Of a stretch of DNA of 64,000 bases, positions 1 to 8,742 are shown in pieces (position 1 is the first letter of the stretch; each line of letters begins with the position of its first letter). The stretch lies in IMG/VR virus record IMGVR_UViG_3300042922_000270. The stretch is one strand, 5' to 3'. Made by a program: the position numbers and the translations under genes. The stretch is from a virus. Lineage: Duplodnaviria; Heunggongvirae; Uroviricota; Caudoviricetes. The notes below the pieces were generated by a model that was not told the DNA's origin, did not search any database, and saw nothing but the letters and a program-made list of their open reading frames with translations.

Positions 1-208
1 TCTTAGCTATCTTACGTGGAATAGAGTTATCTTCATAGTCTGAAGCTATCTCACCAATCCTAAAGCCTAGCTTAGTATTACACGACTTATGAATCTTGTC
101 TAGCTGCTCTTTTGTCTTGTTAGTCTTGAATACAAAGGTGTCAGTCTTACCATGACCGTCATCTGAGTAGTCACCAATAGTTGATTTGTATGTGTACTTT
201 AAATCCAT
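1..208 (-). CDS. Hypothetical phage protein, 3' end outside the window
   Basis: ATG at 208, MDLKYTYKSTIGDYSDDGHGKTDTF..., open to the window edge. Confidence 0.65.
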   Translation of the reverse strand, partial: MDLKYTYKSTIGDYSDDGHGKTDTFVFKTNKTKEQLDKIHKSCNTKLGFRIGEIASDYEDNSIPRKIAK

Positions 209-216
209 GTGTAACC

Positions 217-250
217 AAAATAAAAGGACACCCTCACGTGAGGGTGTCCA
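217..250 (-). terminator. Intrinsic terminator downstream of tRNA-Gly
   Basis: Minus strand GGACACCCTC-ACGT-GAGGGTGTCC-TTTTATTTT; near-identical copy at 3865-3897. Confidence 0.8.
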
Positions 251-254
251 TAAG

Positions 255-326
255 AGCACTTGAGGGGATTTGAACCCCTGACCTTCTGCATGGCAAGCAG
301 ACGCACTACCACTGTGCTACAAGTGC
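255..326 (-). tRNA. tRNA-Gly(GCC)
   Basis: Cloverleaf GCACTTG...TCTGC-TTGCCAT-GCAGA...GGTTCAAATCC...CAAGTGC. Confidence 0.95.
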
Positions 327-330
327 ATAG

Positions 331-402
331 CTCCCAGGACTGGGATCGAACCAGTGACCATCCGCTTAACAGGCGGACGCTCTACCGCTGAGCTACCTGG
401 GA
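331..402 (-). tRNA. tRNA-Asn(GTT)
   Basis: TCCCAGG TAGCTCAG...TCCGC-CTGTTAA-GCGGA...GGTTCGATCC...CCTGGGA. Confidence 0.95.
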
Positions 403-445
403 TCACGTGAGCAGATAACTACTCACAAATTTATAATACTATATG

Positions 446-1222
446 CTAGTCCGTGCTGTCAAGATAATCCAGAATTGGGGCAAGCCTAACATCTGGGATC
501 TCTTGATCTATATGTATGATAGACCTGATGGCCTTGGTGGCTTTCTTAAGCATAGGGTTGTATCCTTGCACAACAGTCTTCTTGCGGTAGAGGATACTAC
601 CTCTCTTCTTCCAGCCAGCAACTTCATTGAAGTTAATAGCATGATGAACAAAGAGGTAATCGTTCTGCCACCCAACAGCTTTATTCTGCATACGGGAGGT
701 GGCTTCACTATGGGTAGCTCCACCCATCACCAAACCCCAGAACACTAGAAGATTCCTACAGTTCTTGACTGAGTCTTCTATACGCCAATGTAGGTTCTCC
801 TGTACATGCTGGCGAGTAGGCATGACAATAACTCTAGCATCAAAAGATGGATGCAGGTGTACGTATAGACTGTGCTCTAGCTCGAATCTAAGTATACTAG
901 AGGCCTTGCCGGCCAGTACAGTTGCAATCTTCTCAGGACGCCTACCAAAGTATTGTGTATCTCTCTGGAAGACTAGAGTAATCTCATCTGATTGGGTATA
1001 GCCATAAGCTATCTCAGGGACCTCTTCCATAAGAGTCTTAACGGTCTGTACCATACAATCTGAGAAGAACTTACTAAAAGGTTTCTCTATACCTAGCTCT
1101 TTGGTGAGCCTACTAAAACCTACACCATCTAGCCTAACCATTATGTACATATCGGGAAGCACTACATTATCTTTGTAGGCCTCAAACTTCTTCATACGAA
1201 TATCTAGATCGGAATGTCCCAT
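446..1222 (-). CDS. thg1: tRNA(His) guanylyltransferase Thg1-like protein
   Basis: Motifs RMKxFE, VRLDGxGFSRLT, YTQSDEI, FDAR, WKKRG. Confidence 0.93.
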   Translation of the reverse strand: MGHSDLDIRMKKFEAYKDNVVLPDMYIMVRLDGVGFSRLTKELGIEKPFSKFFSDCMVQTVKTLMEEVPEIAYGYTQSDEITLVFQRDTQYFGRRPEKIATVLAGKASSILRFELEHSLYVHLHPSFDARVIVMPTRQHVQENLHWRIEDSVKNCRNLLVFWGLVMGGATHSEATSRMQNKAVGWQNDYLFVHHAINFNEVAGWKKRGSILYRKKTVVQGYNPMLKKATKAIRSIIHIDQEIPDVRLAPILDYLDSTD

Positions 1223-1244
1223 TAGAATAAACCTCAGGGGATAG

Positions 1245-1316
1245 ACCCCATAGCAAGAATTGAACTTGGATCGGTCAGTTATAAGCTGACTGCTCTAACC
1301 ATTGAGCTATATGGGG
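1245..1316 (-). tRNA. tRNA-Ile(TAT)
   Basis: CCCCATA TAGCTCAATGGTTAGAGCA GTCAG-CTTATAA-CTGAC...GTTCAATT...TATGGGG; one T-stem mismatch. Confidence 0.88.
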
Positions 1317-1346
1317 ATGAGCCTAGGACAGATGCCTAGGACAAAG

Positions 1347-1694
1347 TTAGAATGCTTTGGTAACCGTGAGAATATCCTGATACTTAGCATTGACGCTAGC
1401 AATCAGGTCATCACCCATATAGGGCAAGTCAACATCGCGGTCCATTAGCTGTAGAGAGAACCCTTCATCACTAAGAAGGGTTTCGTCGTTAGCAATCCAA
1501 GCCTTATCAACTACGGCATGAAGCTGCTCAATCTCGCTAGCGGTCTGCTCTTCATCAAGATCATAGCTCTCGATCCTGGCAGTGATAGCATCTTTAAACT
1601 CTTGTTTAGTGGGGATACCATTGAAAACGAAGATAGCGGTGAGGTCGTCTAGAATAGGACCAAAGGTTTCTAGGGACACGGTTAGGATTTTCAT
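1347..1694 (-). CDS. Hypothetical protein
   Basis: 115-aa ORF in the gene train. Confidence 0.7.
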   Translation of the reverse strand: MKILTVSLETFGPILDDLTAIFVFNGIPTKQEFKDAITARIESYDLDEEQTASEIEQLHAVVDKAWIANDETLLSDEGFSLQLMDRDVDLPYMGDDLIASVNAKYQDILTVTKAF

Positions 1695-1705
1695 TATGTT
1701 CTTTC

Positions 1706-1942
1706 TTATTTAGTAAAGACTACTTCATAGTCTTGTTCCCTGAAGTAGATATAGCTAACTCTACCAGAAGGGTCGTGAATGGCAACCATACGGTCTTCTT
1801 CCTCAAACCCGTGTAGACCTATCCTGACTACTTCGTGTATTGATTGAGAGTCGTATATTGCTTTGTAGCCAGGTATATGTATCCAAGGATCTTCAGGTGC
1901 TTCAACCATAACGATCAAGTCACCTATCTTGGCTTTGTTCAT
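1706..1942 (-). CDS. KOW/SH3-like 'GDL...VFT' family protein
   Basis: MNKAKIGDLIV...YEVVFTK; same termini as the array at 8.4-11.8 kb. Confidence 0.75.
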   Translation of the reverse strand: MNKAKIGDLIVMVEAPEDPWIHIPGYKAIYDSQSIHEVVRIGLHGFEEEDRMVAIHDPSGRVSYIYFREQDYEVVFTK

Positions 1943-2257
1943 TTAAGATGTCTTACCATCGATAAAGTCCAGTGCAGCTAGGATTCTAGCCTTAGGGGTA
2001 TCCTGCTTGAAGCGTTTGTCCTTGCCATCATTGATGTCGGCAATACCGGATAGAGTCTTAGTCCAGATGAGCCTATTAAGGGCTCTGGATTCGTCTGTAT
2101 CGTTCATGGTCTTACGGGCACCACAATGACCTAGAGCACAGAAGGCATTCTCTTTGAACTCATCTGTGAAAGATCCAACAGTCCACTGCTCATCAGGAAT
2201 ATCTTTAAACTTGTTTCTAAAGTAGTTAGTATCCATATTTAATCCCATAGTGAACAA
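1943..2257 (-). CDS. Hypothetical phage protein
   Basis: ORF with CALGHCG; true start probably near 2236. Confidence 0.7.
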   Translation of the reverse strand: MFTMGLNMDTNYFRNKFKDIPDEQWTVGSFTDEFKENAFCALGHCGARKTMNDTDESRALNRLIWTKTLSGIADINDGKDKRFKQDTPKARILAALDFIDGKTS

Positions 2258-2610
2258 TAGTGCTTAGCGAATAAGTCTAGACCATTCTGTACACGTGCCC
2301 ATAGGTCTGAACTGTATGTTCCCCACCTTTGCTCACCAGCTAGAAACTCATGAGCAAAGATCATCTCGTCTAACTTCTGCTCCCACTCTTCCATAGTCAT
2401 ACCTACAGGATAACCATGAAGATTATCTCTAAAGAGCTTGAGTCTAGGTAGGATTAGTTTAGATAGGGTTTGGTCCAGAGACCATAGATCTGAATCGTCC
2501 CAGCCACGTGTAAGTCTCTGAAAGAAGAAGGTTAGAGTCCTTCTATGTCTACGTGTCTTCTCATCTAGCCAGTCAGCTAGATTATAAGTCTTCTGATCTC
2601 CGGGGTCCAT
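2239..2610 (-). CDS. Hypothetical phage protein
   Basis: 123-aa ORF tightly packed with its neighbours. Confidence 0.75.
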   Translation of the reverse strand: MDPGDQKTYNLADWLDEKTRRHRRTLTFFFQRLTRGWDDSDLWSLDQTLSKLILPRLKLFRDNLHGYPVGMTMEEWEQKLDEMIFAHEFLAGEQRWGTYSSDLWARVQNGLDLFAKHYCSLWD

Positions 2611-2611
2611 A

Positions 2612-2971
2612 TTAGTTAAGTGTTCCGTGAGTCTCTATAATGTCTACAGTTACCTTACAGGTATTCATATCTCCAGGGGAGGGATTCTCGTAGGTGATAC
2701 GAGCTTTCACGTAGGTGATATTAGCATGAGCAGCGTAGCACATAGTATCACTATCGTGAGTATCTACCATATCATCTACCATGTCTTGCTCGTCTGCTGA
2801 GCCCTCGTAGGCTTCTACAGTAAAGTTGCTCTCGTCACCCTCTATGTACTCATAGAGCCATACAGCTTTATTAATCTCAGCATCGTAGAGTATGTTAATA
2901 GCGTCATCACCAAAGTCCATCTCTAGACTCTTGATGACTGCAGGATCGTTTTTAACTACCAATTTACCCAT
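2612..2971 (-). CDS. Acidic hypothetical protein
   Basis: 119-aa ORF. Confidence 0.7.
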   Translation of the reverse strand: MGKLVVKNDPAVIKSLEMDFGDDAINILYDAEINKAVWLYEYIEGDESNFTVEAYEGSADEQDMVDDMVDTHDSDTMCYAAHANITYVKARITYENPSPGDMNTCKVTVDIIETHGTLN

Positions 2972-3258
2972 AGTTTGATATCCTCTGGAAGATCTAAGTA
3001 ATCATATAGTTGCTTAATGTAGGGTAACAGCTCTAATTCTTCAGACTGAAAGCAGTGAGCAAAGTTCTCCATCTCATAGATTCTATCCTTAAGATAGAAC
3101 CCACGCATGGTACCGTTACCTACCTCACCATTACCCTCTACCCTACGAAATAGCCAATCATGTATTCTAACTGTAGGGACACCAGAGTCATATTTGAATA
3201 ACTGGTTGACTGCGTTGGTTAAGTCTTCAGGAGTAATATATTGTACTGTTTTTACCAC
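2956..3258 (-). CDS. Hypothetical protein
   Basis: 100-aa ORF overlapping its neighbours. Confidence 0.65.
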   Translation of the reverse strand: MVKTVQYITPEDLTNAVNQLFKYDSGVPTVRIHDWLFRRVEGNGEVGNGTMRGFYLKDRIYEMENFAHCFQSEELELLPYIKQLYDYLDLPEDIKLWVNW

Positions 3259-3470
3259 TAGGCTACTACCAAAGGGTAGATAACATCCATGTCTACGATG
3301 TTACCAGCTACAGAAAATCTATAGGATAGCAGTACATCTGCTAGTGTGTTGTAATCAGGATCAAGAGCTACTGTCTCATCACTGATTAGGGTCTCTACCT
3401 CTGCTCGGGCTACTTCTTTAGCAGTAGTAGTTAGCTCAGAGTAGTGATAAACTTCAATTGTGTATCTCAA
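3258..3470 (-). CDS. Hypothetical protein
   Basis: 70-aa ORF, coupled start/stop. Confidence 0.6.
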   Translation of the reverse strand: MRYTIEVYHYSELTTTAKEVARAEVETLISDETVALDPDYNTLADVLLSYRFSVAGNIVDMDVIYPLVVA

Positions 3471-3658
3471 GTTAATTGTCTCTTAAAGTAATGATAGCCG
3501 TCAGCTAGGACGGCTACTAACTCCCAGCCCTCTTCACCTAGCCAGTTAAGTTGCTCTTGAATAGAGCCACAGTCACAAGACCAGGAAGAGCAGTTACAAA
3601 GAGTGATGTGTTGGTGTTTGTACTCCCACCGGGGTAGCATATCTTGTTGTGTTCTCAT
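3467..3658 (-). CDS. DUF4177-like small protein
   Basis: WEYK...LNWLGEEGWELVAV...YFKR pattern. Confidence 0.7.
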   Translation of the reverse strand: MRTQQDMLPRWEYKHQHITLCNCSSWSCDCGSIQEQLNWLGEEGWELVAVLADGYHYFKRQLT

Positions 3659-3864
3659 ATTTGTTGAGAAGCTCCATCATCCTGGAAGATCTCAATATAA
3701 TCCTGTAACCAAGGATCCATGTTTAGAGTACCCAGTCCATCTTTAACCTGTTCCCAAGCTTTCTTAAGGCAAGATGAATACTCTTCCTCAGTCATATCCT
3801 TTAATGGGGTGTGATCCCCTATTGTAACTGTTACGTCTACTTTTAATGTTATGTGTGTTTGCAT
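3655..3864 (-). CDS. Hypothetical protein (start corrected to MQTHITL)
   Basis: The listed ORF runs through tRNA-Val and a terminator; ATG at 3864 is the plausible start. Confidence 0.6.
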   Translation of the reverse strand: MQTHITLKVDVTVTIGDHTPLKDMTEEEYSSCLKKAWEQVKDGLGTLNMDPWLQDYIEIFQDDGASQQI

Positions 3865-3897
3865 AAAATAAAAGGACACCCCTAGGTGGGGTGTCCT
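3865..3897 (-). terminator. Intrinsic terminator downstream of tRNA-Val
   Basis: GGACACCCC-ACCTA-GGGGTGTCC-TTTTATTTT. Confidence 0.8.
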
Positions 3898-3901
3898 ATA
3901 G

Positions 3902-3973
3902 TCGGCAATCCCGGATTCGAACCGGGAACCTTCTCCGTGTAAAGGAGCTGCGCTACCGTTGCGCCAATCGCCG
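3902..3973 (-). tRNA. tRNA-Val(TAC)
   Basis: CGGCGAT...CTCC-TTTACAC-GGAG...CCCGG-TTCGAAT-CCGGG-ATTGCCG. Confidence 0.9.
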
Positions 3974-4202
3974 AAATGGGAATACTTCATCAGTTCCTTT
4001 GATAATGGAGGTCGTTCTCCGACTGTGACGGTCCTTGCGGAACCTGATTCCCGTTTATAGACTCTATGAGTCTACATCTTTGAGTTGATCTTCTTCTTGA
4101 TCAACCAATCTTTGTTCTTGTCTGTTATGAGCTTTACCACCATCATAGGATGTAGGGAATACAGCATCATCATAACCACAGGGGATAATCTTACGACGTG
4201 TA

Positions 4203-4472
4203 CTAGTTCTCTTCTTCTTGAAGTGGGCCATCAGTATTCAAGTCCTTAATCTCTTCAATTATAAAGTCTCTGACTTTGGCCCTGACCTTTTGATGTCCTG
4301 CTCTCTTGGTTCCCTTGCGGGCTCTCCTGTAGCATTTCTCACCAGGTCCGTGGTGTACCATGTCCCAGCCATTACCTTCGACCTCTAGTTGTTTATCTAG
4401 AATGTCTTTCTTCATGAAGGTATGTTCGTGAGACTGATCGTCTTTAAAATCTCTTTGATGATTAGTCTTCAT
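4203..4472 (-). CDS. Basic hypothetical protein
   Basis: 89-aa ORF with AGGT SD. Confidence 0.65.
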   Translation of the reverse strand: MKTNHQRDFKDDQSHEHTFMKKDILDKQLEVEGNGWDMVHHGPGEKCYRRARKGTKRAGHQKVRAKVRDFIIEEIKDLNTDGPLQEEEN

Positions 4473-4487
4473 AGTGTTACCTATTAG

Positions 4488-4560
4488 TCTGGGCGGTAGG
4501 ACTCGAACCTACGACCTCCGCGTTCCAAACACGGCTTTCTACCGACTGAAGTACGCCCAG
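4488..4560 (-). tRNA. tRNA-Pro(TGG)
   Basis: CTGGGCG...CCGTG-TTTGGAA-CGCGG...GTAGG-TTCGAGT-CCTAC-CGCCCAG. Confidence 0.93.
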
Positions 4561-4596
4561 TTATGAGCCCCACTTACGGGGCTCTAAGTTATATTA

Positions 4597-5058
4597 CTAC
4601 CAATCTACTAGTGTGTCAACTAGTGATTCGATCTGTTTACGTGTATCCTCGGGAAGAGACAGTTCAACAGCCTTGCTGTGTTCAACCCACTTAAAGGGCT
4701 CCAGTACAGGCTGTTGGCGTAGGTCATCACTTACATATAGTACATAAGTGAAGTCTTCAGCTTTCCTCTTCTCGATGTGTTGGAAGACTGTAATCGGTGT
4801 CGGTAGGTGAGTAGCTCTGTCAGAGACTGTATGTGTCTGGAATGTAATAACCAGACCAGTCTCTTCTTGAATCTCACGTTGGAGAGCCTCGTGAAGAAGC
4901 TCTCCATGCTCTACGTGTCCTCCCGGTCCCACCCATTCACCGTTAAGCTTAGGGTGTTCATGTAGAAGGATCTCTGTCTTACCGTCAGATCTCTCATACA
5001 CCAAGAGAGCTGATACAGTCCTTACTAGTTCTAGTGTTCCTTCTTGCATACGGTGCAA
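4597..5058 (-). CDS. Nudix hydrolase
   Basis: Nudix box GGHVEHGELLHEALQREIQEETGL; start uncertain. Confidence 0.88.
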   Translation of the reverse strand: MHRMQEGTLELVRTVSALLVYERSDGKTEILLHEHPKLNGEWVGPGGHVEHGELLHEALQREIQEETGLVITFQTHTVSDRATHLPTPITVFQHIEKRKAEDFTYVLYVSDDLRQQPVLEPFKWVEHSKAVELSLPEDTRKQIESLVDTLVDW

Positions 5059-5177
5059 CGCTTCTTAGGAGGGTTGTCCGCAGTCTCGTTCATAACTCGC
5101 TGACCCTTACCGTAGAGAGCATCCTGGCCCTCATTCGAACAAGAGCAGCTACGAACCAAAGTCTTCTGTGCAGCCAT
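5031..5177 (-). CDS. 48-aa putative Zn-binding protein (not in ORF track)
   Basis: MAAQKTLVRSCSCSNEGQDALYGKGQRVMNETADNPPKKRCTVCKKEH, AAGGT SD. Confidence 0.75.
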   Translation of the reverse strand: MAAQKTLVRSCSCSNEGQDALYGKGQRVMNETADNPPKKRCTVCKKEH

Positions 5178-5188
5178 ATTAGCAACCT

Positions 5189-5395
5189 TTACTTAGTAAA
5201 TAAAACTTGTACACTGTCTTCGATAATTCTGTAGTTATAGCCTGCTAGTCCCAAATATCAGGTACCATCGATTGCAACAAATATGTCATCGACTTCAGCT
5301 ATAGCGTTTAAGTTGATAGTCCAGTAGTCTACCCAGTACTTCGGGTGTCCATCAGGAACCTTAATTACTTGGATAATATCTCCGACCTGAATCAT
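5189..5395 (-). pseudogene. 'GDI...LFTK' family member interrupted by an in-frame TGA (5258-5260)
   Basis: MIQVGDIIQVIK...IDGT*YLGLAGYNYRIIEDSVQVLFTK; family termini intact on both sides of the stop. Confidence 0.7.
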
Positions 5396-5634
5396 TGGGT
5401 GAATACCACTTTGAGAGCTTTAGAGGGTACAGCATACCTACCAAGATCATACCACATCCAGTCATGGTCCCCTCGGAAAGGGGTTCCCATGACTTCGAAG
5501 ATGGTAGTATTGGCATGCTCAGTGATCCACTCATAGTACTCGGTGTACATTGAGTAGCCTACTGGGTATTCAGTAATGTATACCAGATCGCCTTTACGTG
5601 GCTCTTGCTCTGATGTTTGCGAATGTGTCGTCAA
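5392..5634 (-). CDS. KOW/SH3-like 'GDLV...VFT' family protein
   Basis: PRKGDLVYI...LKVVFTQ; start uncertain. Confidence 0.7.
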   Translation of the reverse strand: MTTHSQTSEQEPRKGDLVYITEYPVGYSMYTEYYEWITEHANTTIFEVMGTPFRGDHDWMWYDLGRYAVPSKALKVVFTQ

Positions 5635-6967
5635 CTAGGAGTTTACCGTTCTCGTATACTGTCTGCATGAGACTACCTGGATTCAGGTGACCATCGAAGG
5701 GATCAACCTGGGTAGTAAGAGGACCATTACCGTAGTCCACTAGATCCAGACGGCCTCTCTTGGACTTCTTGCCAGGATCGGTCACAGGCTCTTTGTAGAC
5801 ATCGATGTACTCACCATTGGCACGGATAAGAGAACACTTCATTGCGAACTTCTGAGTGTCTCTGTCTACCTTCTGTAGAAGAGCACCACCCATACCGAAA
5901 GCAATATTGTCTGCAGAATAGCCGTTAAGAGCCAGCGTATTGAGAATCCTGTGGATGCTATCATACTCGACTCCATCACCCTGAATAACTCTGACCTGAG
6001 GAGGAAGGACCTTGTAGCCCTTGGAGTTGATCGTGGTACCAAACTGCTGGTCTAGAAGCTTAATGACACGCAACACCACAGTAGCAGGATCACCGCTATC
6101 GGGACGAATAACCAAGGTCCCTTCTCTTGACAGGACTTGATTTTTGAGGGCTCCGCCCCAAATGTTTTCAACACAGTTGAAGATATCGTATGAGTCAGAT
6201 ACACAAGCGACAAGACCAGTAGGGAACTGATCAAGCATGTTTCTACATGCATCTAGCTCATTAGCCCTTCCCCACGACGTAATACTCGAATGTTCAGAGG
6301 CTGGAATGGAGAAACCTGCCATGTCCTCAGAGTAGTACTCAGAAGCGTACAGGAGGGCAGGGATGGTGTCAGAGCCCATGAAGTTGACCAGATGGGCCAT
6401 ACCGCCAATACCGGCGCTCTCTTGGGACGAGACTCCGCGTGAACCAAAATCGTGTAGCTTGAAAAGCAGTCCGTCAGTCGAATCACAGGTCATCTCCATG
6501 TACTTACGGATAAGACCTTTGATCTTATACGAGGTGGTGGCAACGGTGATGGGGTACCAGACACGAAGCAACATGGTCTCAAGCCAGGACACGATCCAGA
6601 AGAACTCAGGGTCGGTCGACTCGATGGACATCATGATGTTGCTGGTCTTGAGAACGGTACCTTCGGGGACAGCTCTGATCTTCACAGGGAACTGACCACT
6701 GTACTTATAGTACATGTCGCCCCAGCCTGCTTCATTAAAGGGGATACCGTGAGCTTTACAGAGATCGCGCATCTTAGCAACGTCCTCAAGCTTAAAGCCC
6801 TTCATGACGTACTCTTTGAGGATGTACTGCAGACCGAAGAAGACGGTCTCATCGTACTTGCCACCACGTGACTCGATGTACGAGAACATGTAGTCGGTAC
6901 CAGGAGGGTACTGCATGTAGTGCGAAGGCTTGTAGGAATCTGTATCGAATACAGGTGAAAGTTTCAT
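5594..6967 (-). CDS. nadV: Nicotinamide phosphoribosyltransferase (NAMPT)
   Basis: TDSYKxSH, LHDFGxRG, IPASEHS, VSDSYD, IRPDSGDP, IQGDG, FGMGGALLQ, KKSKRGRL. Confidence 0.97.
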   Translation of the reverse strand: MKLSPVFDTDSYKPSHYMQYPPGTDYMFSYIESRGGKYDETVFFGLQYILKEYVMKGFKLEDVAKMRDLCKAHGIPFNEAGWGDMYYKYSGQFPVKIRAVPEGTVLKTSNIMMSIESTDPEFFWIVSWLETMLLRVWYPITVATTSYKIKGLIRKYMEMTCDSTDGLLFKLHDFGSRGVSSQESAGIGGMAHLVNFMGSDTIPALLYASEYYSEDMAGFSIPASEHSSITSWGRANELDACRNMLDQFPTGLVACVSDSYDIFNCVENIWGGALKNQVLSREGTLVIRPDSGDPATVVLRVIKLLDQQFGTTINSKGYKVLPPQVRVIQGDGVEYDSIHRILNTLALNGYSADNIAFGMGGALLQKVDRDTQKFAMKCSLIRANGEYIDVYKEPVTDPGKKSKRGRLDLVDYGNGPLTTQVDPFDGHLNPGSLMQTVYENGKLLVDDTFANIRARAT

Positions 6968-7043
6968 TGTTATTGATCCTCCGTGGATTATGTTTATTAC
7001 TACCCTACCTGGGTAGATTTATTTAGTAAAGATGTCTTTGATC

Positions 7044-7241
7044 TTATATGGTATAGAAAAGTTCAGCTTGTGAGTCGTAGCACATATCAGGAAGACCTAG
7101 CTCATCTGGATCGTCACTATAGTAGAGAAAGTATGGAAGTATAGTACTACCCCCTACCACTTCAACTATCTTGTTGAAGTCTCTATTATAGATACCTGTG
7201 ATTCTAACTAGATCACCCTTTTTAAAACACGTGCCTATCAC
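7044..7241 (-). CDS. KOW/SH3-like family protein
   Basis: FKKGDLVRI...AELFYTI. Confidence 0.7.
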   Translation of the reverse strand: MIGTCFKKGDLVRITGIYNRDFNKIVEVVGGSTILPYFLYYSDDPDELGLPDMCYDSQAELFYTI

Positions 7242-8296
7242 TAAACCTTCCGATTAACGAAGTAGTTGATAATGTGGTAGTGGTCTTCGAAGAACTTGTC
7301 TTCGTTACGACCAAGGTCAGATAGAGGCATCCAGAAAGCCTTCTCAGCATCATCAGAACCCTTAACGTAGGGCAACTGACCATAACCTAGATCGAAGAAG
7401 TGACCGATAGTAATCGTTCTACCTCTAAGAGATCTGAAGGGGTGAGCAAAGTTCTTGACTGCTTTAAGGCCAGCATCAAGCTCTTGCTTGGTGACCCTAA
7501 TCTTAGTCTCTTCTTTTAGCTCACGAATGGCTGCTTCCTCTGGGAACTCGAACTGGCCCAAGAACCCACCAGGGATGGCGTATAGGCCCTTACCTGGATT
7601 AAGCTTACGCTGAACAACAAGTACATGACCTGATCTGATGACTACAGCATCAACTGTAGTAAACGTAACAGGGTAGGGCGTATTAGCCCAAGAAGCCTTG
7701 TAGTTCTTGTTGTATAGGTCCTCTGCGCCAAGATCTAGATAGCTCTGAGTCTTGCTGAACTCCAATAGGAAGTTAGCTACGGGTTCGGGAACTAGGCTAG
7801 CAACCTTAGCGTTGGTACCCCAAGCGAAGTATTCATCACGGACCTGAGTGGCGCTGACCTTGAGCTTAACGTGAATCTCTTCGTAGGTCCACTGAGGGAA
7901 CATGTTCAGGTAATACGTGCTCTCATCTCTATCAGCCCCAAAGAGACAGATGTCTTTAGGTAGGGCTCTAGTCTTAATATCATCAGGATCATGGAAACGG
8001 TTAACAATATTCTGCACCGCACCTTGGACTTCAGCGACCCATGTAATGTCACTATTAAAATGATCTCTGACGGGCACATACTCTACTCGTTGATTCTGTT
8101 CAAGAGTTAGTGAAGCACTAATCATCCTGGCTCTATCTTCCCAAGTCCAAGGGTTCTTGATAGAGGGGGCAGAATAACTGGACCCAAGAACAACAATAAC
8201 GCGGTCGCACTTCTTTAGAGCTGCATCCACGTTGAGTAGGTGTGCGTTATGAAAGGGTTGAAAGCGTCCGATGAGGACCCCAAACTTGAAGGGCAC
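7241..8296 (-). CDS. nadM: Bifunctional NMN adenylyltransferase / Nudix ADP-ribose pyrophosphatase
   Basis: IGRFQPFHNAH, KNPWT, SATQVR, Nudix GGF...AAIRELKEET, GSDDA, FFEDH. Confidence 0.96.
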   Translation of the reverse strand: MPFKFGVLIGRFQPFHNAHLLNVDAALKKCDRVIVVLGSSYSAPSIKNPWTWEDRARMISASLTLEQNQRVEYVPVRDHFNSDITWVAEVQGAVQNIVNRFHDPDDIKTRALPKDICLFGADRDESTYYLNMFPQWTYEEIHVKLKVSATQVRDEYFAWGTNAKVASLVPEPVANFLLEFSKTQSYLDLGAEDLYNKNYKASWANTPYPVTFTTVDAVVIRSGHVLVVQRKLNPGKGLYAIPGGFLGQFEFPEEAAIRELKEETKIRVTKQELDAGLKAVKNFAHPFRSLRGRTITIGHFFDLGYGQLPYVKGSDDAEKAFWMPLSDLGRNEDKFFEDHYHIINYFVNRKV

Positions 8297-8366
8297 GATA
8301 TTAACCTCCGTGGTTATTTTGTCTTAGCTCCTCTCTGGAGCATGGTATAAATTTATCACAAACTTC

Positions 8367-8558
8367 TTAGATTGTAAAGATAGGTGTTAGGTATTCTGGT
8401 TTAACTGAGGTCCAACCACCATCAGCATACTTGACACTATATCTCAAGAATTCACCAACCTTAGGTGCGTAGACGATCTCTACGATCTCGCCATTATGTT
8501 CGTACTCATAAGGGAATTGAATTATAGCTAGATCGCCAACGTTAAATTGTAAAGACAA
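8367..8558 (-). CDS. Array member
   Basis: MSLQFNVGDLA...PIFTI. Confidence 0.75.
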   Translation of the reverse strand: MSLQFNVGDLAIIQFPYEYEHNGEIVEIVYAPKVGEFLRYSVKYADGGWTSVKPEYLTPIFTI

Positions 8559-8742
8559 GTTCTACCTCATTATCGAAGTAATAGTTGTCCCACAGTCCTA
8601 GTTCTTCCTGTTCTTCATAAGAGCAGTAGACACCACCAGATATAACATAATCGACCTTAAAGATCTTACCGATATTTTCGGTTACGTCCTGATAGTCAGA
8701 CCTAACAATAACTACCAGATCTCCTGGTTTAAACTTACTCAT
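8542..8742 (-). CDS. Array member
   Basis: MSKFKPGDLV...ELVFTI. Confidence 0.8.
   Translation of the reverse strand: MSKFKPGDLVVIVRSDYQDVTENIGKIFKVDYVISGGVYCSYEEQEELGLWDNYYFDNEVELVFTI

Noticed and set aside
3865-3990. N-terminal extension of ORF 3655..3990
   Set aside because: It runs through tRNA-Val and a terminator.
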